Shown here one piece after another: positions 20,562-30,422 of a stretch of DNA of 64,000 nt. A model generated the notes under the pieces. It was not told where the DNA came from, searched no databases, and saw only the letters and a program-made list of their open reading frames with translations. The DNA is from Lachnospiraceae bacterium (GTDB taxonomy: Bacteria > Bacillota > Clostridia > Lachnospirales > Lachnospiraceae): assembly GCA_029071325.1 (NCBI GenBank), contig JAIEAP010000001.1, positions 105,764 to 169,763 on the forward strand, read 5' to 3'. The position numbers were made by a program, and so were the translations under genes. The first letter of the stretch is position 1. The number at the start of each line of letters is the position of its first letter.

Positions 20562-21344
20562 GTGAAAATAGTTGTATGTGTGAAACAGGTGCCGGATACA
20601 AAGGGCGGAGTTAAGTTTAATCCCGACGGTACATTGGACAGAGGCGCAATGCTCACCATCATGAACCCGGATGACAAAGCGGGTCTGGAGGCAGCGCTGA
20701 GATTAAAGGATGAGTACGGTGCAGAGGTTACCGTAGTGACCATGGGACTTCCCAAGGCAGATGAAGTTCTTCGTGAGGCAATGGCAATGGGCGCAGACAA
20801 GGGCGTTCTGGTTACAGACCGTGTGTTGGGCGGTGCAGATACCTGGGCTACATCCACAACTCTTGCAGGCGCATTGAGGAATCTGGAGTATGATCTGATC
20901 ATCACAGGACGTCAGGCAATCGACGGAGATACCGCACAGGTTGGTCCGCAGATTGCAGAGCATCTGGGACTTCCGGTTATTTCCTATGCACAGGACATCA
21001 AGATTGAGGGAGATCATGTGGTAGTTCAGCGTCAGTATGAGGATGGTTATCATGTGCTGAAGGCTCAGATGCCTTGCCTTATCACCGCGTTGTCTGAGCT
21101 GAACGAGCCGCGTTATATGACACCCGGCGGAATTTTCGATGCATATGATGCAGAAGTGACCGTATGGGGCAGAGCAGACTTAAAGGATGTAGATGATGCA
21201 AATCTGGGTCTTAAGGGTTCTCCCACCAAGATTGCCAAGGCATCCGATAAGGTTCGTAAGGGCGCAGGCGAGAAGGTTGTGCTGGATACGGAAGAAGCGG
21301 TTGCTTACCTGATGGGTAAATTCAAAGAGAAACATATTATCTAA
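20562..21344 (+). CDS. etfB: Electron transfer flavoprotein beta subunit
   Basis: GTG start after AGGAG; KQVPDT and GRQAIDGDT motifs. Confidence 0.95.
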   Translation: MKIVVCVKQVPDTKGGVKFNPDGTLDRGAMLTIMNPDDKAGLEAALRLKDEYGAEVTVVTMGLPKADEVLREAMAMGADKGVLVTDRVLGGADTWATSTTLAGALRNLEYDLIITGRQAIDGDTAQVGPQIAEHLGLPVISYAQDIKIEGDHVVVQRQYEDGYHVLKAQMPCLITALSELNEPRYMTPGGIFDAYDAEVTVWGRADLKDVDDANLGLKGSPTKIAKASDKVRKGAGEKVVLDTEEAVAYLMGKFKEKHII

Positions 21345-21372
21345 AATATTAAAAGGAAAAGTGGTGAATATC

Positions 21373-22407
21373 ATGGGTTTAGAGGAATATAAAGGAGTAT
21401 TTGTCTTTGCACAGCAGGTAGATAACGTATTAAACGGCGTAGCATTTGAACTGCTTGGCAAAGGGAAAGAGTTGGCAAAAGATCTTGGCACTGAGGTATC
21501 TGCAGTCCTCATCGGTTCCGATGTGAAGGGACTGGCAGATGAGCTGGCTGTTTACGGTGCCGATAAGGTAATCGTAGTAGACGATCCGGAACTGAAGAAC
21601 TACAGAACAGAGCCTTATGCACATGCACTGGCTTCCGTTATCAATGAATTTAAGCCGGAGATCATGCTGGTAGGCGCTACCGCTATCGGACGTGACTTAG
21701 GTCCTACCGTTTCTGCAAGAGTGGCAACCGGTCTGACCGCAGACTGTACCGTTCTGGAAATCGGCGATTTCCCGCTGAATCCGGTGGCAGGTCAGGAGCA
21801 GAAGCACAATCAGCTGCTGATGACCCGTCCTGCATTCGGCGGCAACACCATTGCGACCATCGCCTGCCCGGACAATCGTCCTCAGATGGCAACGGTACGT
21901 CCTGGTGTTATGCAGAAGATTGCTCCTATTGAGGGTGCAAAAGCAAATATCGTTGAGTTTAACCCCGGCTTCATGCCCAACAACAGATATGTTGAGATCA
22001 TGGATATCGTAAAGGCAGTGAAGACCACCGCAAATATCATGGATGCTAAGATTCTTGTTTCCGGCGGACGTGGTGTTGGTTCAAAGGAGAACTTCAAGCT
22101 TCTGGATGATCTGGCAGAGGTTCTGGGCGGAACCGTTAGCTGCTCTCGTGCAGTAGTTGAGAACGGCTGGCAGCCGGTAGACCTGCAGGTAGGACAGACT
22201 GGCAAGACCGTTCGTCCTCAGATCTACTTTGCAATCGGTATTTCCGGTGCGATCCAGCACGTTGCAGGTATGGAGGATTCCGACCTTATCGTGGCAATCA
22301 ACAAGGATGAGGACGCTCCGATCTTTGATGTGGCTGATTACGGTCTGGTAGGCGATCTGAACAAGATTGTTCCGGCGCTGACCAAAGCCCTGAAGGAGGC
22401 TATGTAG
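21373..22407 (+). CDS. etfA: Electron transfer flavoprotein alpha subunit
   Basis: RPAFGGN, QVGQTG and GISGAIQH motifs. Confidence 0.95.
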   Translation: MGLEEYKGVFVFAQQVDNVLNGVAFELLGKGKELAKDLGTEVSAVLIGSDVKGLADELAVYGADKVIVVDDPELKNYRTEPYAHALASVINEFKPEIMLVGATAIGRDLGPTVSARVATGLTADCTVLEIGDFPLNPVAGQEQKHNQLLMTRPAFGGNTIATIACPDNRPQMATVRPGVMQKIAPIEGAKANIVEFNPGFMPNNRYVEIMDIVKAVKTTANIMDAKILVSGGRGVGSKENFKLLDDLAEVLGGTVSCSRAVVENGWQPVDLQVGQTGKTVRPQIYFAIGISGAIQHVAGMEDSDLIVAINKDEDAPIFDVADYGLVGDLNKIVPALTKALKEAM

Positions 22408-22456
22408 AAAACAGGCTGCTTTTGATGCAGACTGTCAGACAGACAAAACAATAAAG

Positions 22457-22498
22457 AGAGACCGCTGCTTTGCGAGTATATGCAAAAGCAGCGGTCTC
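22457..22498. terminator. Bidirectional terminator between etfA and the ABC permease
   Basis: gagaccgctgctttgc/gcaaaagcagcggtctc stem. Confidence 0.7.
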
Positions 22499-22514
22499 AA
22501 TTTGTTTTCTGCGG

Positions 22515-23300
22515 TCACTGAATATCCTTTTTTCCATATAGGAAGAACGCTGTCACGATTCCGATGACGGACAGAACCAGACCCACCGACAGATACTTGA
22601 TTTCCATGCATCCGTTTACAATGATATCAGCGCCGTCCGTATATCCGAAGGGAGTGATGTATTTTAAGAACTTGGCATCTACCGTCAGATTGGAGATGAT
22701 ATTCAGGAAATAGAACAGTACAGCTGCGCCAAGTCCGATACCGGAACCGCTGCCGTTCATAAAAGCAGAAATTCCAAAGCATATGGAGGCAATCTCGATC
22801 TGCAGGATAAAGTAGGCAAGGAACAGCAGGGCAAATGATTTCACATCCGGTGATTCTCCAACCAGAAGCGTAGATAGTGTCACAATGCCGATGACAGCCG
22901 CATTCAGTATGATGATCTGCGCAAACACTGCACCGAGTTTTTGCGCCGCCACCTTCCCGCGGCTGACCGGATGTGTCAGCAGAAATTCGGCTGTGTGTTC
23001 CTTTTCCTCCTTTGCAAGGGCAGAGATGCCAAGCAGTGCCGCAAAGAAAGCTCCGCCAAGTCCCAGGACATTTCCGCATTCAACGCCGAAGTATCCCGTA
23101 AATTCCCCGAAATTGATCTTATCCATACCAAAAGCGGCAGAGAAGCTGCCCATATCGGAAAACATTCCGCTGATCTCAGTCATCTGGCTTTCCATTTCAG
23201 GATAGATGAGAATGCAGACGGCAAGCATGAAGGCAATGATGACAGTCCATATCAGCAACGCTTTTCTGCCCTGCCGTAATTCATGTCTAAAGAGCGTCAT
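22515..23300 (-). CDS. ABC-2 type exporter permease
   Basis: Six TM segments; KEEKEHTAEFLLTHPVSR motif. Confidence 0.85.
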   Translation of the reverse strand: MTLFRHELRQGRKALLIWTVIIAFMLAVCILIYPEMESQMTEISGMFSDMGSFSAAFGMDKINFGEFTGYFGVECGNVLGLGGAFFAALLGISALAKEEKEHTAEFLLTHPVSRGKVAAQKLGAVFAQIIILNAAVIGIVTLSTLLVGESPDVKSFALLFLAYFILQIEIASICFGISAFMNGSGSGIGLGAAVLFYFLNIISNLTVDAKFLKYITPFGYTDGADIIVNGCMEIKYLSVGLVLSVIGIVTAFFLYGKKDIQ

Positions 23301-23301
23301 A

Positions 23302-24177
23302 TCAAATATCCTCCTTTGCGTAGTAGTGCATAAAGATTTCTTCCAAGTCTGGTTCGGTAATACTCACATCCGTGAGAGGAAGCGCGGCAAGAGCGCCCAA
23401 AAGCACGTCAGGTCTGCCGCCGTATAGGAAACTGATAGTATCGCCGTTTGATGTGATGTCCTTCATGTTCTCAAGTGCAGGCGGAGTGTCAATACCCCGG
23501 ACAGTCACGCGTTTGGTGTCGGTATGTCCGAGATGTTCCATACGGTCCGAGACCAGCAGCCTGCCCTCACGGATAACGGCGGCATGCCTGCAGTAGCGTT
23601 GTACCTCTGAGAGGACATGGGAGGACAGGAAGATAGTAGTCCCTTCTTGGTTGCGCTCCTCTAAAATAGCATAGAACTCCCGCTGCATCAGAGGATCCAG
23701 GCCGCTGGTGGGTTCATCCAGTACACAGAGCTTTGGTTTGTGCTGCAGCGCGCAAATGATGGATACCTTTTTCCGGTTGCCAAGTGATAGTTCTCCGATC
23801 CTCTTTTCTGTGTCCAGTTCCAGCCGTTCACAGAGCTCTGCGGCTTCCTTGCGGCAATCCTGGCTCCTCAGATCGGCGGAGAGACGGATTACCTCCCGCA
23901 CCCTCATATTGTGGTAAAATGCGGCCTCGGAGGGCATATAGCCGATATCCGCCAGAATCTCATCCCGCCGGGACCTGATATTTCTTCCGAAAATCTCTGC
24001 CGTGCCGCTGGTGGGGCAGATCAATCCCAGAAGCGTCCGGATCGTAGTGCTCTTGCCTGCGCCATTGGGACCGATAAAGCCGAAAAAATCTCCTTCTTCC
24101 ACGGTCAGATCAATATCTGTAATGCCTCTCGACTTTCCGTAATATTTCGTGAGAGAGACTGTCTCTATTGCGTTCAT
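23302..24177 (-). CDS. ABC exporter ATP-binding protein
   Basis: GPNGAGKST, LSLGN and LDEPTSGLD motifs. Confidence 0.92.
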   Translation of the reverse strand: MNAIETVSLTKYYGKSRGITDIDLTVEEGDFFGFIGPNGAGKSTTIRTLLGLICPTSGTAEIFGRNIRSRRDEILADIGYMPSEAAFYHNMRVREVIRLSADLRSQDCRKEAAELCERLELDTEKRIGELSLGNRKKVSIICALQHKPKLCVLDEPTSGLDPLMQREFYAILEERNQEGTTIFLSSHVLSEVQRYCRHAAVIREGRLLVSDRMEHLGHTDTKRVTVRGIDTPPALENMKDITSNGDTISFLYGGRPDVLLGALAALPLTDVSITEPDLEEIFMHYYAKEDI

Positions 24178-24182
24178 TTTGT

Positions 24183-24800
24183 TTATTGCTCCTTTCGCAG
24201 ATAAATATGTTTCCAGAATGCCAGCATTTGGGAGAAATCCTGTTCCAGCTTTGCAGTATCAAATACACCGCCGCGCTGAAATACTTCCCATAAATACCCT
24301 TCCGATGCAAGATACATTTCCCGATACATCATGGCAAGATCCAGACCCGGTATAAAGTCCTGGGGGTTTATCCGGGACAGAGCATTCAGCGCCTTTCTGT
24401 TAAAATGCTCCTGATAGCTTTGCTGTATGGCAATATGAATCTCGGCATCCTGTTCATAGAATGCCTTCACTGTGAAAGCTGTCATGCTGGGATATTTTCG
24501 CATCATCTGGATTTTCGCCCGCATACCCCGGTCCATCATCTCGAAAAGGTCAGTCGGCTCATAGCAGCCGTATTCTGTGAGATAATGTATCGTAATATCA
24601 CAGGCGGTCTCCCACAGGAATAAGTACAGCTCTTTCTTGTTTTGAAAATAATGAAAGAGGAGAGATTTGCTGATTTCGGCGTAATCGGCAATCTCCTGCA
24701 TGGGACTTTTCTTATAGGAATTCTGGGAAAACACCCGAAAGCCAGCGTTGATGATCCGCTGCTGCTTTTCTTCCGGAAGAGAATAAAATTTTTCATTCAT
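24183..24800 (-). CDS. TetR/AcrR family regulator
   Basis: HTH IADYAEISKSLLFHYFQNKKELY; GAGG RBS before ATG at 24800. Confidence 0.9.
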   Translation of the reverse strand: MNEKFYSLPEEKQQRIINAGFRVFSQNSYKKSPMQEIADYAEISKSLLFHYFQNKKELYLFLWETACDITIHYLTEYGCYEPTDLFEMMDRGMRAKIQMMRKYPSMTAFTVKAFYEQDAEIHIAIQQSYQEHFNRKALNALSRINPQDFIPGLDLAMMYREMYLASEGYLWEVFQRGGVFDTAKLEQDFSQMLAFWKHIYLRKEQ

Positions 24801-24921
24801 AAAATATACCTCGTTGACCAAAGCAGTCAAATTTTATTATATACCATTGACCATTTTTGAGAAGACCCCGTAAGAAGCATTTGCAGATTATTATGCTGCA
24901 GACAACATACAGGAAACACAG

Positions 24922-24951
24922 GAATAAAAAAACAATTCCATACGCATACTA
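24922..24951 (+). promoter_or_regulatory. SigG-type forespore promoter
   Basis: GAATA-18 bp-CATACTA. Confidence 0.75.
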
Positions 24952-24981
24952 TTTCCCAAGTAGATTACAGGAGGAATTGGT

Positions 24982-25134
24982 ATGAAGTTCAAAACGTATC
25001 GTATCTGTCTTCTGTCACTGGTGATCATCGCCGTGATAGGAGGAATTATATATTATGTAAATAGCGGCATGAATCGGGAACTAGAGCAGTACGCAGGCAC
25101 CTTTGTGGAAAAAATCATTGGGGAGGCGCGTTAA
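24982..25134 (+). CDS. 50-aa single-TM protein (below the ORF track cutoff)
   Basis: AGGAGG RBS; MKFKTYRICLLSLVIIAVIGGIIYYVNSG...GEAR; stop lies 1 nt before the spoVAA ATG. Confidence 0.7.
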   Translation: MKFKTYRICLLSLVIIAVIGGIIYYVNSGMNRELEQYAGTFVEKIIGEAR

Positions 25135-25135
25135 T

Positions 25136-25780
25136 ATGGGAAGTGCACAGGAGAAACTGTACCTGAAGCTTGCCAGGAACAGCATGGTGAAGGACCGTCA
25201 TGTAAAACTGTCGGATGTTGCTACCCTGACCGGAACAGACCCGGCCATGGTGCGCCAGCTAAAGCAGATGAAGATATATTCATTTCCGGAAAAGGGAAAG
25301 AAGTCGGAATACGTTCAGGTGATGTCCAGCCTGAAAATGATCGAGATGATTCAGAAGGAATATCCCAATGCAGATATTTCCAATGAGGGAGAAGCCGATT
25401 TTGTGATAGAATACGAGGCCAAGATGCAGCCGGGAAAGACAGCGGAAATCGTAAAAACCGCATTGTTATGTGTGGGTGTATTTCTTGGGGCAGCGTTCTC
25501 CATTATGGCGTTTAACAATGATATCTCTATCACGGAGCTGTTTGGCAACCTGTATGAACAGGTGACCGGCGCGCAGCCCGCAGGAACGACGGAACTGGAA
25601 ATCTGTTATTGTATCGGGCTTCCCATTGGTGTCATTATTTTCTTTAATCATTTTGGCAATAAGAAGATTACGAATGATCCCACGCCTATTCAGGTAGAAA
25701 TGCGCAAATATGAAAAGGATGTAGACGAGACTTATATTGAGAATGCAGGAAGAGGAGGCGAGGAGCTGGATGTGGGCTGA
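25136..25780 (+). CDS. spoVAA: Stage V sporulation protein AA
   Basis: LYLKL..., FSIMAFNND, DPTPIQVEMRKYE motifs. Confidence 0.88.
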   Translation: MGSAQEKLYLKLARNSMVKDRHVKLSDVATLTGTDPAMVRQLKQMKIYSFPEKGKKSEYVQVMSSLKMIEMIQKEYPNADISNEGEADFVIEYEAKMQPGKTAEIVKTALLCVGVFLGAAFSIMAFNNDISITELFGNLYEQVTGAQPAGTTELEICYCIGLPIGVIIFFNHFGNKKITNDPTPIQVEMRKYEKDVDETYIENAGRGGEELDVG

Positions 25781-26195
25781 GCATTTGCTGTTGGGGCTGT
25801 TCGGATTGTGCGCAGGCGCGGCGCTGTCCGCAGGGGCCTTCGCATTCTTACTCATGCTGAATATCGTGCCCCGTATGGTGGGTAAGACCCGCACGGGAAA
25901 TAAAATTCTGTTATATGAGAATATGATCATTCTGGGCGCTATCCTGGGAAATCTCTACACGGTGTTTTTGGGCTGGCGGCTTCCGTTGGGACATGTGTTT
26001 CTCGGCATATACGGAATAGGCGCAGGCTTTTTCGTGGGCTGTATGGCAGCGGCGCTGGCAGAGATACTCAAGGCATTTCCCATATTGTTCCGAAGAGTGA
26101 ATCTGAATACAGGGTTATGGCTGGTGGTACTTGCCATGGCGCTGGGAAAGTCTGCAGGCTCGCTCTATTATTTTCTGCGGGATATCCAACCGTAA
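25770..26195 (+). CDS. spoVAB: Stage V sporulation protein AB
   Basis: Hydrophobic; IVPRM and GCMAAALAEILKAFPI motifs; overlaps spoVAA. Confidence 0.88.
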   Translation: MWAEHLLLGLFGLCAGAALSAGAFAFLLMLNIVPRMVGKTRTGNKILLYENMIILGAILGNLYTVFLGWRLPLGHVFLGIYGIGAGFFVGCMAAALAEILKAFPILFRRVNLNTGLWLVVLAMALGKSAGSLYYFLRDIQP

Positions 26196-26246
26196 GTTCT
26201 GAGACAATAAATGGATTGCCCCCGGCGGCAGGTTGGTATAAAATTA

Positions 26247-26425
26247 TTGTAACTGTTCAGAACAACCAGGCCGCAGACGTGCCAGCGTTGCTGTCACACG
26301 CCTCTAAAGAGGCTTATGTCTGCGGCTGGCAGGGTTATCACTCTCATGGAAATGGAAATTCAGCCCGTTTCCAATAAATTGGAACTGTCTGACTTCCCAT
26401 TTCCATGGGTTCTGAACAGTTACAA
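26247..26425. repeat. Family B palindromic element, copy B2 (179 bp)
   Basis: 17-bp terminal IR ttgtaactgttcagaac/gttctgaacagttacaa; two internal hairpins. Confidence 0.8.
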
Positions 26426-26461
26426 ATTATTTTGTACAAATCAAGAAAGCGGGTGCATATC

Positions 26462-26779
26462 ATGGTACAGTCTATTGCGAGACAGAGCGTTGTAATCAAA
26501 TGCAATCTCCATGCGTCTATCATGCTGGGTAATTATGAATTTTATTATGCCGCGGGGCTGGTGCATAAGCTGACGGGAACGGATACGGAAGAAATTGCAC
26601 TGCCCCAGGCTATGATCGAGAAGGTACATAAATTGCTGGAAGGCTATGAGCCGAAGGATGAACATGAACAGCATCTGAAACGAATGCTGGCGGACTATGA
26701 GCCGGAAGATACCATGGACGGGCAGATGGAAGCTTTGTTCCGGGAAGGGATGCATGAGAGCCGTATGTGGCAGGAATAG
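26462..26779 (+). CDS. Conserved small clostridial hypothetical protein (recalled as DUF3837-like; unverified)
   Basis: Open frame with typical codon usage; SIARQSVVIK...GNYEFYYAAG. Confidence 0.6.
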   Translation: MVQSIARQSVVIKCNLHASIMLGNYEFYYAAGLVHKLTGTDTEEIALPQAMIEKVHKLLEGYEPKDEHEQHLKRMLADYEPEDTMDGQMEALFREGMHESRMWQE

Positions 26780-26982
26780 CCGTTCGGTCAGCGATGTAGG
26801 AACGGTCGCCTTTACTGTTGTGGAAAATGTATAAAAGTTTCCCTGAAATTGCCAAAAAACAAGTCATATTGCATTTTCATATAGGGTATGGTATGATAAA
26901 TGTAATTTATTATACTTGCCGTAAGGCCGCATAGTCAGTCCTGGCAATATGGTAATCACAGAAGGAAAAATGGGGTAGGAAG

Positions 26983-29532
26983 ATGGATAAGAAAAAAAAT
27001 ATAAGATCGGAACGGAAGGGGGAGCCGCGTCCGAAAAACAAAAAAAAGCCGTCTTTGTTCAAAAAGAAGTCTTTGACAGTAAGCCCGGAAACGATACCGG
27101 AGAATTCCGGAACAGTTGCAGACAATACATATAATCAGGCAGAGCCCGAAAATTCCACAGTTACTATGGAAAGCATATCAGTGGAAAATGCTGCGCCGGC
27201 CGATGATAAGAAGAAGCATGGCAAGGCGGTGAAAGCGAAGTCTGAACGTAAGCAGAAAGTTAAAACAAAGCGGGAGAAGCCGGAGGGCAGCCGGAAAGCA
27301 AAAACAGAGCGTCAGAAGCCGGAGGGCAGCCGGAAAGCGAAAGCAGAGCGTCAGAAGTCGGAGGGCAGCCGGAAAGCGAAAACAGAGCGTCAGAAGCCAG
27401 AGCGTAACCGGAAGGAAAAGACAAAGGGAGCTAAGGCAAGGCGCAGGAAGGAAGGAAAGCCCAATTCTTCTTCTGTAGTGACCATCAAGCGCAAAGCCAA
27501 CGGAGATGTTTCCCTGGGTGTCAAGGGTATCGGCGTGAAGCTGAATGTAGCGTTCATGATTCCGGTGGTTTTGTTCGTTATAGTGGGTCTGTTGATCTAT
27601 AATAAGAGCAGCAGTATCCTGCGCAGTACATACGAAGCTTCTGCGACTACCAGCGTGGGGACGCTGGAACAATACCTGGATCTTGGATTTGAGAACATAA
27701 CTCTGATGGCAACGCGTCTGTCCATTAATTCGGCGATCCAAAGCTATTATACCGGCTCCGGCGATAAGTCGGAAGGTATGCTGATGGATGCCAAGCTTGC
27801 CCTGAGCAATGAGGCAACGGCAGACACGTTTATCGACCATATTATTGTAATCGCAAGAACTGGTACCGCCTGCTATGAGCAGGGAGCTATCAAAGAAGAT
27901 ATCTATAATGCCTTCGTCGAATCTGAAGAGGGGAAATTCGTAGAGGAAAATATCGGAACCGGCTCCATGTGGATCAGCAAGCATCCTTCGATTGATGCGC
28001 TGACCGGTTTTAACAGCGATGAATATGCGCTCTCCATGGTATCGGTGCTGCGCAATAACAGCAATAAAGCGGTGGGCTATATCCTGATTGATGTGAAGAC
28101 CAGTTTTATCCAGAACATTCTGGATGATGCCCAGATCAGTGACGGCAGTATCAAAGGGTTTGTGCTGGAGGACGGCGGTCAGGTGATCAGCGGCCATGAC
28201 AGTATTATATTTTCTGAAAATGAGTTCTATCAGGAAGTAAAGAATGGCGAGGATGCTACCGGCTCACGGGAAGTAACTTATGACGGAGACAAATATCTCT
28301 TTGTGTACAGCAGAGTGTCTGATTCGAATATGATGGTCTGCGCCATGGTGCCCCAGAGTGAGATTACGGCAGGCGCCCGTACGGTTTTGGTTTATACTCT
28401 GGTGGCAGTGGCAATATGTGCCATCATTGCGATTGTGGTAGGTACGGTACTGGCGTCCGGGATTGCCAAGGCAATCCGTAAGGTAAACCGTATATTGAAG
28501 AAAACATCGGACGGAGACCTGACCGGACAGATCAGCATGAAGCGTAAGGACGAATTCCGGGTATTGTCTTCCAGTATTACGGACATGATCGGAAGCATGA
28601 AGGATCTGATCCTTAAGATGACCAATGTCAGCGGACACGTTTCGGATTCAGCGGTACAGGTAAATTCCAATTCTGAGATCCTGTTAGAGGTAACGAAACA
28701 GATCACGGAGGCGGTGCAATATATCAATGACGGTATTTCGCAGCAGGCACAGGATACAGAAGAGTGTCTTGAACAGATGAACGATCTGGCAGGTAAAATT
28801 GCGGAAGTACATAGTAATACCAACAACATCAATGCGATTACCCAGTCAACGCAGGCGGCTATTGATAATGGAATGGTCACTGTAGAAAATCTGGGTCATA
28901 AGGTGAATGACACCAATGTGGTAATCGGCACGGTTATTCGTGAGATTGCCGAACTCAGCAAAGAGTCGGCTGCCATCAGCAGTATTATAGGAACAATCAA
29001 TGAGATTGCAGACCAGACGAATCTGCTGTCCTTGAATGCATCGATTGAAGCGGCCCGTGCCGGTGAAGCAGGCCGGGGGTTTGCAGTGGTATCGGATGAG
29101 ATTCGCAAGCTGGCAGAACAGTCCGGCAAAGCGGGTAACCGTATCAGCCAGATTGTGGAGCAGATTCAAGAGCGGATCGAAGCCACCATAGAGACTGCGG
29201 GAACAGCGGAAGAAAGTGTGGAATTCCAGACGGCTGCGCTGGCAGATACCGTTGAGGTGTTCAAAGAAATCCGCCACCAGGTAGCACTTCTGGGTGATGA
29301 TGTGGAGAAGATTACGGAGAGCGTCAGCGGAATCGAACGGGCGAAGCAGGATACCATGAGCGCCATTGAAAGTATTTCTGCAACCTCCAATGAGACAGAG
29401 TCCTCTGCAGAGGAATTGCAGAAGAGTACAGAGCGCCAGCTTCAGGCGGTAGAGGTGCTGAACGATGCCGTACAGCGGCTGCAGACCGATGCAGAAGATC
29501 TGGATGCTTCCGTAAGTATATTCAAGCTGTAA
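26983..29532 (+). CDS. Methyl-accepting chemotaxis protein with a long basic N-terminal extension
   Basis: Two TM helices, Cache-like sensor, HAMP; signature [26 protein letters not shown]. Confidence 0.93.
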   Translation: MDKKKNIRSERKGEPRPKNKKKPSLFKKKSLTVSPETIPENSGTVADNTYNQAEPENSTVTMESISVENAAPADDKKKHGKAVKAKSERKQKVKTKREKPEGSRKAKTERQKPEGSRKAKAERQKSEGSRKAKTERQKPERNRKEKTKGAKARRRKEGKPNSSSVVTIKRKANGDVSLGVKGIGVKLNVAFMIPVVLFVIVGLLIYNKSSSILRSTYEASATTSVGTLEQYLDLGFENITLMATRLSINSAIQSYYTGSGDKSEGMLMDAKLALSNEATADTFIDHIIVIARTGTACYEQGAIKEDIYNAFVESEEGKFVEENIGTGSMWISKHPSIDALTGFNSDEYALSMVSVLRNNSNKAVGYILIDVKTSFIQNILDDAQISDGSIKGFVLEDGGQVISGHDSIIFSENEFYQEVKNGEDATGSREVTYDGDKYLFVYSRVSDSNMMVCAMVPQSEITAGARTVLVYTLVAVAICAIIAIVVGTVLASGIAKAIRKVNRILKKTSDGDLTGQISMKRKDEFRVLSSSITDMIGSMKDLILKMTNVSGHVSDSAVQVNSNSEILLEVTKQITEAVQYINDGISQQAQDTEECLEQMNDLAGKIAEVHSNTNNINAITQSTQAAIDNGMVTVENLGHKVNDTNVVIGTVIREIAELSKESAAISSIIGTINEIADQTNLLSLNASIEAARAGEAGRGFAVVSDEIRKLAEQSGKAGNRISQIVEQIQERIEATIETAGTAEESVEFQTAALADTVEVFKEIRHQVALLGDDVEKITESVSGIERAKQDTMSAIESISATSNETESSAEELQKSTERQLQAVEVLNDAVQRLQTDAEDLDASVSIFKL
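27275..27414 (+). repeat. 39-bp coding tandem repeat (about 3.6 units; [13 protein letters not shown])
   Basis: Units start at 27275, 27314, 27353 and 27392 (partial). Confidence 0.9.
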
Positions 29533-29539
29533 AAGAACA

Positions 29540-29569
29540 GTATAAATTCATACGTTTTGTCCCATACTA
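29540..29569 (+). promoter_or_regulatory. SigG-type forespore promoter
   Basis: GTATA-18 bp-CATACTA upstream of spoVAC. Confidence 0.78.
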
Positions 29570-29595
29570 AAGGAAAAAGGAAAGGAAGCATTTGT

Positions 29596-30060
29596 ATGGG
29601 AAACGACAAAACGAAACAACAGGAAGCATACAACGAGTATGTAAAACAGGTAACTCCGACACACAGCCTGCCGGTGCAGATGCTGAAAGCATTTGTGACC
29701 GGTGGGCTTATCTGCGTTCTGGGGCAGGAAATCCTTACCGTTGCAGGTAATTACGGTTTGGACAAGGATACGGCAGGAAGCTGGTGCAGTATGATTCTGA
29801 TTCTGTGCAGCATTGTCCTGACTGGCCTCAATATTTATCCGTCTATCGCCAAATTCGGAGGGGCGGGAGCGCTGGTGCCGATTACGGGATTTGCTAATTC
29901 TGTGGCAGCGCCTGCCATTGAATTCAAGAAGGAAGGACAGGTATTCGGTATCGGCTGCAAGATATTTACCATTGCGGGACCTGTCATCCTCTATGGAATA
30001 TTCACTTCCTGGGTATTGGGGCTGATCTACTGGATCCTGCGAAGCCTGGGAATTGTGTAG
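29596..30060 (+). CDS. spoVAC: Stage V sporulation protein AC
   Basis: KAFVTGGLICVLGQ, VPITGFAN and IAGPVILYG motifs. Confidence 0.93.
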   Translation: MGNDKTKQQEAYNEYVKQVTPTHSLPVQMLKAFVTGGLICVLGQEILTVAGNYGLDKDTAGSWCSMILILCSIVLTGLNIYPSIAKFGGAGALVPITGFANSVAAPAIEFKKEGQVFGIGCKIFTIAGPVILYGIFTSWVLGLIYWILRSLGIV

Positions 30061-30072
30061 AGGAGGTGCCAT

Positions 30073-30267
30073 ATGATAAGAGATGATGGACTTCCTTTGG
30101 GCTTAAGTTTCAGTCTTGCTACCAATGAGGATGCGATGAACAGTTTTGCCGGAATGACAGATCAGGAGAAGAGCCAGGTGATAGAAGCGGCAAGAAGTAC
30201 GCAATCTAAGCAGGAGATGAAAAATCTGGTAGACGACATCGCTAGACTGGGTTCAAAAACAAAATAA
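30073..30267 (+). CDS. 64-aa hypothetical protein
   Basis: Strong GAGGAGGT RBS; directly downstream of spoVAC. Confidence 0.7.
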   Translation: MIRDDGLPLGLSFSLATNEDAMNSFAGMTDQEKSQVIEAARSTQSKQEMKNLVDDIARLGSKTK

Positions 30268-30422
30268 AGAAAAAAGTGTATATTTTGTATGATAGTTCCA
30301 ATATATATACCATATATTGCGTTATTTAAGTGAAAATACTACTTGACAGAAAGCGAAACTTCTGTAAGAATCTATTATGCAGACGATCAGATATGCGTGG
30401 TAGAACAACAGGAGGAATCGAT

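Noticed and set aside
26830-26860. SigD promoter for the MCP (TAAA-15-GCCAAAAA)
   Set aside because: The -10 deviates from GCCGATAT at several positions in an AT-rich region; not supportable
27275-27414. CRISPR-like periodicity
   Set aside because: Repeat units are contiguous with no unique spacers, lie in frame within the MCP, and no cas genes are present
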